Below are positions 46,931-55,841 of a stretch of DNA of 64,000 nucleotides, one piece after another; positions within the stretch are counted from its first letter, which is position 1; every line of letters begins with the position of its first letter. Under the pieces are notes generated by a model that made no database searches, was not told where the DNA came from, and saw nothing but the letters and a program-made list of their open reading frames with translations. Both the position numbers and the translations under genes were made by a program. Source of the DNA: an uncultured Gammaproteobacteria bacterium (lineage in GTDB: Bacteria > Patescibacteriota > Microgenomatia > Daviesbacterales > UBA10151); NCBI GenBank assembly GCA_964504985.1, contig CAZDFU010000002.1, forward strand, positions 11,782-75,781, read 5' to 3'.

Positions 46931-48142
46931 CTACACTTTTTTATCTTCATTTTCTTTCAATGCTTCTTCTAATTGTTCTTTTTCTTCTTTCTCATTTTCT
47001 TCATCAACTGCTCTTTCCAAAACTTCCCCTGCTTCCTCAGCTTTTTGCTTTTCCTCCCCAGTTGTTGCATTTTCTTCTGCTTCTTTCACTTCCTCTTCTA
47101 TTTGTTGCTTTTCTTCTTCCTTGGTTTCTGCCTGAGGCTCAGAGCCGGGGGCCTTTACGCTTTCGCTCTCTATTTCCGGTTCTTCTGCTCCTTCAATATC
47201 AATCTTCCAACCTGTTAATTTGGCAGCCAGCCTGACATTTTGCCCTTTTTTTCCTATGGCCAAAGACAATTGGGATTGAGGTACAGTGACTGTTGCCACC
47301 CTATTATCCTCATCTAACCTAACCTGGATATCTTTGGCAGGAGACAGGGCTCCAGCAATAAATCTGGCAGGATCATCCGAATAGGAAATAATATCAATCT
47401 TTTCATCCCCCAGCTCACTCATCACAGCTTGAACCCTGACTCCTTTTTGTCCTACTAGCGAACCTACCGGGTCAACACCTTCTTGGGTGGAAACCGCTGC
47501 AATCTTAGATCTGGAACCAGCCTCCCTGGCAATCACCTTAATCTCAACTGCACCTGATTGAATTTCAGGAACCTCTAAAGCAAATAGGGCTTTTACTAAA
47601 GCTGGATCTGAGCGGGAAACTACCACTTCTGATCCTCTGCCTCCTTCTTTTATTTCTTTAACCAAAAACTTTAATCTTTGATTTTGAATATAAGTTTCAT
47701 TGTGAACTTGCTCAGATGGAGGTAATACCCCTTCAGCACGGCCTAAATCTATAAAATAAGTATTGCCTTCCTGCCTTTGAATACTGCCTGAGATAACAGT
47801 CCCTACTTTGCTTTCATATTCTGCCAGAATAGCCCCTCTTTCAGCTTCATTTAATTTTTGCATAATTACCTGCTTTGCAATTGAGGCAGCAATTCTGGCA
47901 AATCCAGGAGGAGTAATATTTTTATCCTTGTCAAAAATAGAAATCTCACCAGTTACAGGGTCTACCTTAGAGGTAAATTGCTCAAAATCTTCTGGAATTA
48001 CCTCATTCCTCAAAGTTAAATCTTTTTTATAGGCAGCTAAGGCAGCCTGACGGATGGCATCTAACACCACCTCTACATCTACCCCTTTTTCAGAGGCTAT
48101 TTGATTTAATGCTGCAGCAAATTCTGTTCTAGCTTGAGCCAT
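46931..48142 (-). CDS. nusA: Transcription factor NusA with acidic tail
   Basis: AREAGSRSK, LSLAIGKKGQNVRLAAKLTGWKIDI motifs. Confidence 0.98.
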   Translation of the reverse strand: MAQARTEFAAALNQIASEKGVDVEVVLDAIRQAALAAYKKDLTLRNEVIPEDFEQFTSKVDPVTGEISIFDKDKNITPPGFARIAASIAKQVIMQKLNEAERGAILAEYESKVGTVISGSIQRQEGNTYFIDLGRAEGVLPPSEQVHNETYIQNQRLKFLVKEIKEGGRGSEVVVSRSDPALVKALFALEVPEIQSGAVEIKVIAREAGSRSKIAAVSTQEGVDPVGSLVGQKGVRVQAVMSELGDEKIDIISYSDDPARFIAGALSPAKDIQVRLDEDNRVATVTVPQSQLSLAIGKKGQNVRLAAKLTGWKIDIEGAEEPEIESESVKAPGSEPQAETKEEEKQQIEEEVKEAEENATTGEEKQKAEEAGEVLERAVDEENEKEEKEQLEEALKENEDKKV

Positions 48143-48183
48143 AATTTAGTTATTAGTTGGTAGTTATTAGTCCGTACTTAATT

Positions 48184-48263
48184 AAAAAGGTGGGACTAGC
48201 CCACCTTTCAGGTCCCCTGACTATTAACAAAGGTATTTTAATCTTATCTTAAATTGAAGTCAA
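48184..48263 (-). promoter_or_regulatory. nusA promoter with leader terminator/attenuator
   Basis: TTGACT-17nt-TAAAAT, then AAAGGTGGG-ctagt-CCCACCTTTTT about 40 nt upstream of ATG. Confidence 0.8.
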
Positions 48264-48306
48264 GCTATTAAGCGTCTAAGTAAAGGGGGACTAAATCATG
48301 CTGATA

Positions 48307-49227
48307 TTAAAACCAACCCTTTTTCTTACCCTGAAGGTTATATAATTCTTCATATAATTGTCTTTCCTGTTTTGAGGGGTTTTTGGGAACCTCCAAATTT
48401 ACCCTGACATAGTGATCCCCGTGACCTGCAGAACCTAAACGCGGAGCACCTTTGCCTTTAAGTTTTACCAAAGACCCTGGTTGAGTACCAGGAGGAACCT
48501 TTACTTTAACTTTTCCATGTACAGTATTTACTTCAAATATATCTCCTAAGACCAGCTGAGGAATATTGACTGTAATTTCAGAAAAAATATCAGACCCTTC
48601 TCTTAGAAACTCAGGGTGGCGGCTGACTTGAAAAATAATATCCAGCCCGTCAGATGAGGAACCAAACCTCATTTTCGTACCAGAATCCACCCCTGCCGGC
48701 ACTTTAATCTTCATCCTCTTTCTCTCCAGTCTTCCCTGGCTGCCTCTTGATTCAACTTCAACTTCTTTGGTAACCCCTTTTATTGCCTCATCAAAACTTA
48801 AGTTCAACTGATAAGTTGGTCTTCTTCTATAAGTTTCTCCAAACCCACCCATGCCAAAAATTTGTTCAAACAGCTCAAATGGATCCTCAAATCCCCCAAA
48901 ATCCCCTCCAAAAGCAGATCCCCCTGAAGATGACCAGCTATAAGTTCTAAAACCACCCTGACCCCCAAACGGACCGCCTCCACCAAAGCCCCCTCCTGAA
49001 GAAGAGGTAAAGGCAGAATGGCCAAGCTGATCATATTGTTTTCTTTTTGAAGAATCAGACAAAACCTGATAGGCCTCAGATACTTCTTTAAATTTCTCGC
49101 CAGCCCCGGCATTTTTGTCTACATCCGGATGATGTTTTCTGGCCAATTTACGGTAAGCAGATTTTATCTCATCCTCAGAAGCTGATTTGGGTACACCAAG
49201 TATTTCGTAATAATCTCTTTTTGTCAT
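48307..49227 (-). CDS. dnaJ: DnaJ-family co-chaperone lacking the zinc finger (class B/CbpA-like)
   Basis: J domain HPD, G/F-rich region, C-terminal domain, no CxxCxGxG. Confidence 0.9.
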   Translation of the reverse strand: MTKRDYYEILGVPKSASEDEIKSAYRKLARKHHPDVDKNAGAGEKFKEVSEAYQVLSDSSKRKQYDQLGHSAFTSSSGGGFGGGGPFGGQGGFRTYSWSSSGGSAFGGDFGGFEDPFELFEQIFGMGGFGETYRRRPTYQLNLSFDEAIKGVTKEVEVESRGSQGRLERKRMKIKVPAGVDSGTKMRFGSSSDGLDIIFQVSRHPEFLREGSDIFSEITVNIPQLVLGDIFEVNTVHGKVKVKVPPGTQPGSLVKLKGKGAPRLGSAGHGDHYVRVNLEVPKNPSKQERQLYEELYNLQGKKKGWF

Positions 49228-49287
49228 AATACCTTCCTCTCATCCGCGTCTATTATACGATAGATCTGTTAATTAGCACACCGAATT

Positions 49288-49310
49288 AAAAAGCCTCGGT
49301 TGCCCGAGGC
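49288..49310 (-). terminator. Intrinsic terminator after dnaK and small ORF
   Basis: GCCTCGG-gcaa-CCGAGGC-TTTTT. Confidence 0.85.
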
Positions 49311-49339
49311 GTTTAAAAATTTTATCCCCGCCGGTTTAT

Positions 49340-49573
49340 CTATCCAGGCGGTAAATTTTTCCGGAATCTGCGTGTAGTCCCATTGTAAAAACTTAGGCTT
49401 GTTATAACTCTAGGTTTCCTTGGTGGTTTACCCTTCTTTTGTTCCCTTCTGATTCTCTCGTAAGTTGTGTGCATAGATTCCTCAGGAGGGAAAATAGGCC
49501 CGGAAGGAAGATCAATAATTGGCGCTCCCCCTATATCATCTATCCTGCAGTTTACTCTTTCTTGATTACCCAT
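49340..49573 (-). CDS. Hypothetical basic protein (77 aa)
   Basis: ATG overlaps the dnaK stop (TAATG); ends just before the terminator. Confidence 0.55.
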   Translation of the reverse strand: MGNQERVNCRIDDIGGAPIIDLPSGPIFPPEESMHTTYERIRREQKKGKPPRKPRVITSLSFYNGTTRRFRKNLPPG

Positions 49574-51474
49574 TATTTTTTTTCTTCCTCAACAACCTCA
49601 CCTTCCACAGCCTCTTCTGTTTTAGGAGCTTCTCCACTTTGTTCTGGTTGAGGTTGTTCTGCTCCACCAGGTTGCCCTTGTTGACCTTGGTACATGGCAG
49701 ATCCTACTTTTTGCAGCACCTCACCTAAGGCATCACCTTTTTTCTTAATATCATCAACATTATCACCTTTTAAGGCTTCCTTTAATTCATTTAACTTCTG
49801 TTCAACTTCAGTCCTAACATCTGCAGGCACCTTATCACCTTGGTCTTTTAAGGTTTTTTCTGTTTGGTAAACTAAGCCATCCGCTATATTTTTTGTTTCA
49901 ATCCCCTCTTTTTTCTTTTTATCTTCCTCAGCATGAGCTTCTGCCTCTTTGGTCATTTTCTCAACTTCATCTTTATCCAAACCTGTTGAACCCTGAATGG
50001 TAATCTTTTGTTCTTTATTTGTGGCCTTATCTTTAGCAGATACATTTAAGATACCATTGGCATCGATATCAAATGTTACTTCAATTTGAGGTACACCTCT
50101 GGGCGCCGGTGGAATACCATCTAAGATAAACTTACCCAAAGATTTGTTGTCAGCTGCCATCTCTCTTTCGCCCTGTAAAACATTAATTTCCACTCCTGGT
50201 TGGTTATCAGCAGCTGTTGAAAAAGTTTCTGATTTGGAAGTTGGAATAGTGGTATTTCTGGAAATCAAAGGTGTTCTGACTCCACCCAATGTTTCTATGC
50301 CCAAAGTTAAAGGAGTAACGTCTAAAAGCAAGACATCTTTAACTTCCCCGCCTAATACTCCACCCTGGATAGCTGCCCCAACAGCCACCACTTCATCCGG
50401 GTTAATACCTTTATGAGGCTCTTTGCCAAAAAATTCCTGTACAGCTTTTTGAACTGCCGGCATCCTGGTCATACCTCCAACCAGAACCACCTCATCAACT
50501 TCTTTTGGATCATGTTTCGAGTCCTTCAGGGAAGCTTTAACAGCCTCAAATGTTTTATCAATCAAAGGCTTAACCATAGCTTCAAGTTTTGCCCTTGATA
50601 ATTTCATCTCCAAATGTTTCGGACCTTCTGAACCAGCTGTGATAAATGGGATTGAAATTTCTGCTTCCATTGAAGAAGAAAGCTCAATTTTGGCCTTTTC
50701 TGCTGCATCTCTTAGTCTTTGCAAAGCCTGTCTGTCACTTTTAAGATCTATTCCTTCGGTCTTTTTGAATTCATCGCTCAACCAGTCAATAATAACTTGG
50801 TCAAAATCATCTCCGCCCAAATGAGTATCACCATTTGTGGACTTTACCTCAATTACTCCATCACCCAGTTCTAATACAGAGATATCAAAAGTTCCACCGC
50901 CAAGGTCATATACAGCAATTGTATGAGCATGGGATTTGTCTAAACCATAAGCTAGCGCAGCTGCAGTTGGCTCATTGATGATTCTTTGCACATTAAGCCC
51001 TGCAATTTCTCCTGCTTGCTTGGTAGCCTGCCTTTGGGCATCATCAAAATAGGCCGGTACTGTAATCACAGCATCTGTAACTTTTTCTCCTAAATAAGAT
51101 TCAGCATCTGTTTTGATTTTTTGTAAAATTTGAGCTGAAATTTCCTGCGGGGTATATTCATGGCCTTCAACTTCCACAACAGCCATATTATTTTTGCCTG
51201 ATTTTATGGTATAAGGCAGCCATTCTTTATCTCTTTTAACTTCAGGATCATCAAACTTTCTTCCCATTAATCTTTTGACAGAAAAAATTGTTTCTTTGGG
51301 GTTAACTATAGATTGTCTTTTAGCAACCCTTCCTACAATGTTTTTAATAGGATTAACAACAGAAGGAATTGTATTCTCCCCTTCAGCGCTATGAATAACT
51401 TTGGGTTTTCCACCCTCCATTACTGCCACACAAGAATTTGTTGTACCTAAATCAATACCAATGATCTTAGCCAT
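49573..51474 (-). CDS. dnaK: Chaperone DnaK
   Basis: [25 protein letters not shown] motifs; start MAKIIG. Confidence 0.99.
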   Translation of the reverse strand: MAKIIGIDLGTTNSCVAVMEGGKPKVIHSAEGENTIPSVVNPIKNIVGRVAKRQSIVNPKETIFSVKRLMGRKFDDPEVKRDKEWLPYTIKSGKNNMAVVEVEGHEYTPQEISAQILQKIKTDAESYLGEKVTDAVITVPAYFDDAQRQATKQAGEIAGLNVQRIINEPTAAALAYGLDKSHAHTIAVYDLGGGTFDISVLELGDGVIEVKSTNGDTHLGGDDFDQVIIDWLSDEFKKTEGIDLKSDRQALQRLRDAAEKAKIELSSSMEAEISIPFITAGSEGPKHLEMKLSRAKLEAMVKPLIDKTFEAVKASLKDSKHDPKEVDEVVLVGGMTRMPAVQKAVQEFFGKEPHKGINPDEVVAVGAAIQGGVLGGEVKDVLLLDVTPLTLGIETLGGVRTPLISRNTTIPTSKSETFSTAADNQPGVEINVLQGEREMAADNKSLGKFILDGIPPAPRGVPQIEVTFDIDANGILNVSAKDKATNKEQKITIQGSTGLDKDEVEKMTKEAEAHAEEDKKKKEGIETKNIADGLVYQTEKTLKDQGDKVPADVRTEVEQKLNELKEALKGDNVDDIKKKGDALGEVLQKVGSAMYQGQQGQPGGAEQPQPEQSGEAPKTEEAVEGEVVEEEKK

Positions 51475-51949
51475 TTTGTTGTTCCTTTCTTCCAACTACC
51501 ACCTGCACTGGTCTTAAAACTTTACCATTTAAAGTATACCCTTTTCTTACGACTTCTAATATTTTATTATCTTCACCCTCCCTTGTGTCAACTGCTTCAT
51601 GAAAGGAAGGATCAAATTGTCCCTCTGCTGCAATTTCATCCAACCCTTCAGATTGCAAAATTTGCTTAAATTCCTTAACTGCCAACTCTACTCCCTGAAA
51701 CCAAGCCTTTGACTCATTCTGTCCACTCAGGGTGGATCCACCATGATCAACTACCTGCTCCAGATGATCTAGAACTGGCAATAACCTTTTTAAAAGCTGC
51801 GCCCCTACAAAACTTGTTAACTCTGATCTGCCTTCACTAACCCTTTTTTCTAAATTCTGGTAATCAGCCACAGCTCTTTTAAGCTGACTCTCCAACTCTA
51901 TAACTTTCTGCTCTAATTGTTCTACTTTGTTTTCTTGTTTTTTGCCCAT
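51467..51949 (-). CDS. grpE: Nucleotide exchange factor GrpE
   Basis: [25 protein letters not shown] motifs. Confidence 0.97.
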   Translation of the reverse strand: MGKKQENKVEQLEQKVIELESQLKRAVADYQNLEKRVSEGRSELTSFVGAQLLKRLLPVLDHLEQVVDHGGSTLSGQNESKAWFQGVELAVKEFKQILQSEGLDEIAAEGQFDPSFHEAVDTREGEDNKILEVVRKGYTLNGKVLRPVQVVVGRKEQQNG

Positions 51950-51979
51950 ATTTTTAGTACTTAGATACTATAATCTCCT

Positions 51980-52708
51980 TTAAGCTCTCATAGCTTCTAC
52001 TAATAAATTCCTCACATATTTAACATAAGGCAGGACTAAGGCAAAATTCATCCTGGCAGGCCCTATTACTCCGATTACTCCTTCTTTTTCAGGATCCAGC
52101 TCATATCTGGTAAATACAAACCCTGTTGAATGCAAATTCTCAAACTCCATATCTTCTCCAAATAAGATATGAATTAGATCAGCCCCCTGGGCCCGGCCGA
52201 TGATATTTTGCAGTCTGGGGAATTCATCAAACAACCCCAATACATACCTAGTTACATCAATATCATAAAACTCCGGCCAATCCAAGATATTGGCTGCTCC
52301 TGCATAATAAACCTGTCCCCCGCTATCCACAGCCAAACCCAGCATATCGCAGCGCTTTGCCAAAGCCTTAACAGCTTCTTTTAAAAGCTGCTCGTGTTTA
52401 TGTCTTTGTGACATAAGAGCGTCTTTAATTGAGACTTCTGCTGTAACAGGCAGCTGTTTTTCCTTCATCAGCTCTGAAACATACAGCCTAAAACCCATTG
52501 ATGTAGGTACCCTGCCTGCAGAAGTATGAGGCTGGCGCAGATACCCGGACTCAGTTAAACGGACCATCTCAATTCTGATAGTGGCAGGGGAAACCCCCAA
52601 ATTATACTTGCGCTCAATCACTTCAGAACTGACCGGCTCTGCTGTCTCAATATATTCCTCAATAATTGCTTTTAAAAGTGCTTTTTGCCTGTCTGTTAAG
52701 ACTATCAT
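51980..52708 (-). CDS. hrcA: Heat-inducible repressor HrcA (short form)
   Basis: LTDRQ, SPATIR, QPHTSAGRVPT, IGVIGPARM motifs; start ATG 52708. Confidence 0.96.
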   Translation of the reverse strand: MIVLTDRQKALLKAIIEEYIETAEPVSSEVIERKYNLGVSPATIRIEMVRLTESGYLRQPHTSAGRVPTSMGFRLYVSELMKEKQLPVTAEVSIKDALMSQRHKHEQLLKEAVKALAKRCDMLGLAVDSGGQVYYAGAANILDWPEFYDIDVTRYVLGLFDEFPRLQNIIGRAQGADLIHILFGEDMEFENLHSTGFVFTRYELDPEKEGVIGVIGPARMNFALVLPYVKYVRNLLVEAMRA

Positions 52709-52744
52709 TAGCACTAAGATACCATGAGTGCTAACTCTTGTCAA
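52708..52744 (-). promoter_or_regulatory. CIRCE operator embedded in the hrcA promoter
   Basis: TTAGCACTC-N9-TAGTGCTAA (52708-52734) inside TTGACA-17nt-TATCTT-7nt-ATG. Confidence 0.93.
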
Positions 52745-52747
52745 GGA

Positions 52748-53986
52748 CTAAACAACCAGTTCTTTGCCCTGATATTGCCTTAAACTTTTACTTTTCCAGG
52801 CGATAATTGAAGTAATGGCAATTACTCCTACTCCTCCAACTACTACTGTGGCTGGTCCTCCAATCAACTTCGTTAAAAAGCCAGCTTCAATTTCCCCAAG
52901 CTGGGGTCCCCCCTGAAAGAAAATCCTGGTGACTGAGGACATCCTGCCCCTTAGATGATCAGGAGTAACCATCTGCCTGATAGTATTTCTAATAATAGTT
53001 GAAATCATATCCCCAAATCCTACCAAAGTTAGAAATATTAGAGAAAGAGGCAATGTTTTAGACAAACCAAAGGCCACAGTTGAAACACCATATAAAATTA
53101 TTGATCCGATAATGAGTTGACCCTGATGTTTCAGCTTATGATGTAAAGCTGCAATAAGCAAACCTGCCAGAATTCCACCAATTGCAGGCGCTGCGTACAA
53201 AAGCCCTAACCCCGAAGGCCCTACATGCAAAACTTCTTTGGCAAATACAGGCAAAAGTATTGTTGCTTCGCCAAAAAAGGTAGCTAAAAAATCCAGAATC
53301 ATAGTTGAATAAAGGATAGGGCTGGATAAAACAAATTTAATACCTTCCCATACAGAAGACAGGCTAAATTCAACTTCTTCTTGATCATGCTTTTGTAAAC
53401 TAACCTTAATGGATAAAATTGAGACAACAAAAAATATAAAAGAGAAAGCATTAAGGAGGTATATGACAGATACCCCTGTCAGGCCAATTAAAAACCCCGC
53501 AATGGCTGGGCCAATCATGATGGTAGTTTGCCACTGCAGGCTAGCCAATGAAACTGCATTCATAAATAACCTTTTTGGCACCAGATGAGGCAAAAGAGCC
53601 TGTCTGGCTGGAATGGAGAAGGACTGAGCTGTTGCTATAAAAAATAGGATAATATAGATCAGCCAAGGGTTAATCAGATGATAAAAACTTAAGGTAAAAA
53701 GGATACCGGCTAAGATAGCCTGGGCTATCTGGCTTGTTATTAAAAGCTTTTTCCTATCTACCTTATCAGCTACCAGTCCTCCTATCAGGGAAAAAAGTAA
53801 AATCGGCAGAAGGTTTGCTACCCCTATTAATCCCAATGAAATAGGGTTTCTGGTTAATTCATAAACTTGCCATGCAACAGCCACAATCTGCATCTGATTG
53901 CCTATTTCCGAAAGAAACGCTCCTAGCAAATAGTTTCTATAAGGGGTTATTTTAAGAGCAAGAAAAGGAGAAATTTTATCATTCAT
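52748..53986 (-). CDS. MFS transporter (EntS/DHA3-like)
   Basis: About 12 hydrophobic segments, GLVADKVDRK motif A, PDHLRGR. Confidence 0.92.
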   Translation of the reverse strand: MNDKISPFLALKITPYRNYLLGAFLSEIGNQMQIVAVAWQVYELTRNPISLGLIGVANLLPILLFSLIGGLVADKVDRKKLLITSQIAQAILAGILFTLSFYHLINPWLIYIILFFIATAQSFSIPARQALLPHLVPKRLFMNAVSLASLQWQTTIMIGPAIAGFLIGLTGVSVIYLLNAFSFIFFVVSILSIKVSLQKHDQEEVEFSLSSVWEGIKFVLSSPILYSTMILDFLATFFGEATILLPVFAKEVLHVGPSGLGLLYAAPAIGGILAGLLIAALHHKLKHQGQLIIGSIILYGVSTVAFGLSKTLPLSLIFLTLVGFGDMISTIIRNTIRQMVTPDHLRGRMSSVTRIFFQGGPQLGEIEAGFLTKLIGGPATVVVGGVGVIAITSIIAWKSKSLRQYQGKELVV

Positions 53987-54092
53987 TTTAAAGGACTTAA
54001 GTATACAAAAAAATTGTACCTAATTGTATACCAAACGCATCCTTAAATTATTGTCCGTTTGTACTATAACTGACATATAGTATCATTTGCTT

Positions 54093-54815
54093 ATGAAAGT
54101 TGTAATTGTTGGTAAAGACACCTCTGAGATTGAAAAGAAAGTTAGAAATGCGGGTTTTGAAGTAGTAAAAGAAAACCCTGAAATAACCATAAGTTACGGA
54201 GGAGACGGTACATTATTGCATGCAGAAAGACAGTTCCCAGGTATTCCCAAACTGCCAATAAGAAATAGTAATATTTGTAAAAAATGTTCCAATCATGAAG
54301 ATGAGGTATTATTAAAAGACTTACTGGAAGGAAAGCTGCAGCTTAAAGAATATCAAAAACTGGAAACAACAATTTATTATAAAAAGTTTTTTGCCCTAAA
54401 TGATTTTGTCATCAGAAATATTGAACCTATTCATGCTATCCGTTTTAAAATTCTTCAAAATAATATATCCGGATGGCAGTTGTATATTGGTGATGGAATT
54501 GTTTTATCCACCTCTTTTGGTTCAACCGGCTATTTTAAAAGTATTACCGGTGAATCTTTTGAAAAACCTCAAAAGTGGGGTTTAACCTTTAATAACATCA
54601 CTGAAAAGAGAAATCCTATCTATCCGGGAGATGGTGGCCAAATTGGATTTAAATTAGTCCGGGGTAAAGCCACTTTGTCTTTTGATAACAGTCCCAATAT
54701 ACTTACCCTTGATGAAAACTCAGAAGTTAGCTTCAAACTCTCAGATCAAGTTGCCAAAATATATGCAGCTGAAAGCTTACGCTGCCTAATCTGCCAAATA
54801 AACTTCCGCGGATAG
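54093..54815 (+). CDS. NAD kinase
   Basis: GGDGT, ALND, GDGIVLSTSFGSTGY motifs; start ATG 54093. Confidence 0.9.
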   Translation: MKVVIVGKDTSEIEKKVRNAGFEVVKENPEITISYGGDGTLLHAERQFPGIPKLPIRNSNICKKCSNHEDEVLLKDLLEGKLQLKEYQKLETTIYYKKFFALNDFVIRNIEPIHAIRFKILQNNISGWQLYIGDGIVLSTSFGSTGYFKSITGESFEKPQKWGLTFNNITEKRNPIYPGDGGQIGFKLVRGKATLSFDNSPNILTLDENSEVSFKLSDQVAKIYAAESLRCLICQINFRG

Positions 54816-54840
54816 AAACCTCCGGTTTTCTGCTAGTGAT
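54798..54840. mobile_element. Dispersed hairpin element, copy B (short)
   Basis: ataaacttccgcgga-tagaaacc-tccggttttctgctagtgat; shares a 15-nt and a 17-nt end with 14680-14748. Confidence 0.6.
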
Positions 54841-54857
54841 TGTGAGCTGAGGTCAGG

Positions 54858-55829
54858 CTAAATAACTGTTGATTCCAAAAAATTCAGTTCTTTTTTGGAG
54901 GTATCAAAAGAAACCTTAATACCAACTGGCATGGGAATATTAACAGTAAAATGTCCAAAATCTAAGTTAGCCATAATGGGAAAATCAAAATCTTTTAAAA
55001 GGTCTAAAACCATCTCTTTTAAAGTAGGTTCTATAATTTCTTTTTCCCTGGCAGGTTTGATATAAGTCACCTTTCCAATTAAAAGACCGGAAATTTTATT
55101 AAAAATTCCTAAATATTTAAGTTGAGTAAGGTAACGTACTATATTGTATAGCTGTTCTCCAACCTCCTCCAGGTATAAAATATTTCCTTCAAAAGCATTA
55201 ATTGGCGGGAAATATTCTGTTCCAGCCAGCTGGCACATTAAATGCAAATTTCCACCAATAAGATGACCTGAGGCTTTCCCTTTTTGCCACTGCTCCCAAT
55301 CAGTTAAAGGATTTATGATCCCCGGTGGATCTGGCTTGGTTAAAAAATTCAGAAAAAATTGTTTATCTACTTCCAGCAAGCTTTCTTCCTCTGGTTTTAT
55401 TCCACCAAATCCAAAGGTAATATCATCCATATGAAATCCCACTATCTGACATTTTGTCAAAAAAGCCATATGAAAATTTGTGATATCACTCATGCCTATA
55501 AATGGTTTTGGGTTACTGCTTATCAGCTTATAGTCAAGATATTCCAAAACAGTAATGGCAGAATAACCTCCTGTCTGAGCCATAATTGCCTTAATGCTTT
55601 TATCAGAAAACATATTATTGATATCTTCTGCCACCTCTTTTGGGTTACCTGCCATCCACCATTTTTGTTTGCCTATTGTCTTACCCTCTTTAATCTTAAA
55701 TCCCAACTGCCGGATTACTCTTTTCCCTCTTTCATAATTTTCTTTAAAAGAAGGCAGCACAGGCAAAGACGGAGCCATAATTCCAATAGTTTCACCTATA
55801 TTCAGCTTAGGGGGTTTTACTATATTCAT
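54858..55829 (-). CDS. LD-carboxypeptidase, S66/MccF family
   Basis: GGY, FIGMSDIT, GGNL, LEE, FGH motifs. Confidence 0.92.
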   Translation of the reverse strand: MNIVKPPKLNIGETIGIMAPSLPVLPSFKENYERGKRVIRQLGFKIKEGKTIGKQKWWMAGNPKEVAEDINNMFSDKSIKAIMAQTGGYSAITVLEYLDYKLISSNPKPFIGMSDITNFHMAFLTKCQIVGFHMDDITFGFGGIKPEEESLLEVDKQFFLNFLTKPDPPGIINPLTDWEQWQKGKASGHLIGGNLHLMCQLAGTEYFPPINAFEGNILYLEEVGEQLYNIVRYLTQLKYLGIFNKISGLLIGKVTYIKPAREKEIIEPTLKEMVLDLLKDFDFPIMANLDFGHFTVNIPMPVGIKVSFDTSKKELNFLESTVI

Positions 55830-55841
55830 GTATATATTCTA

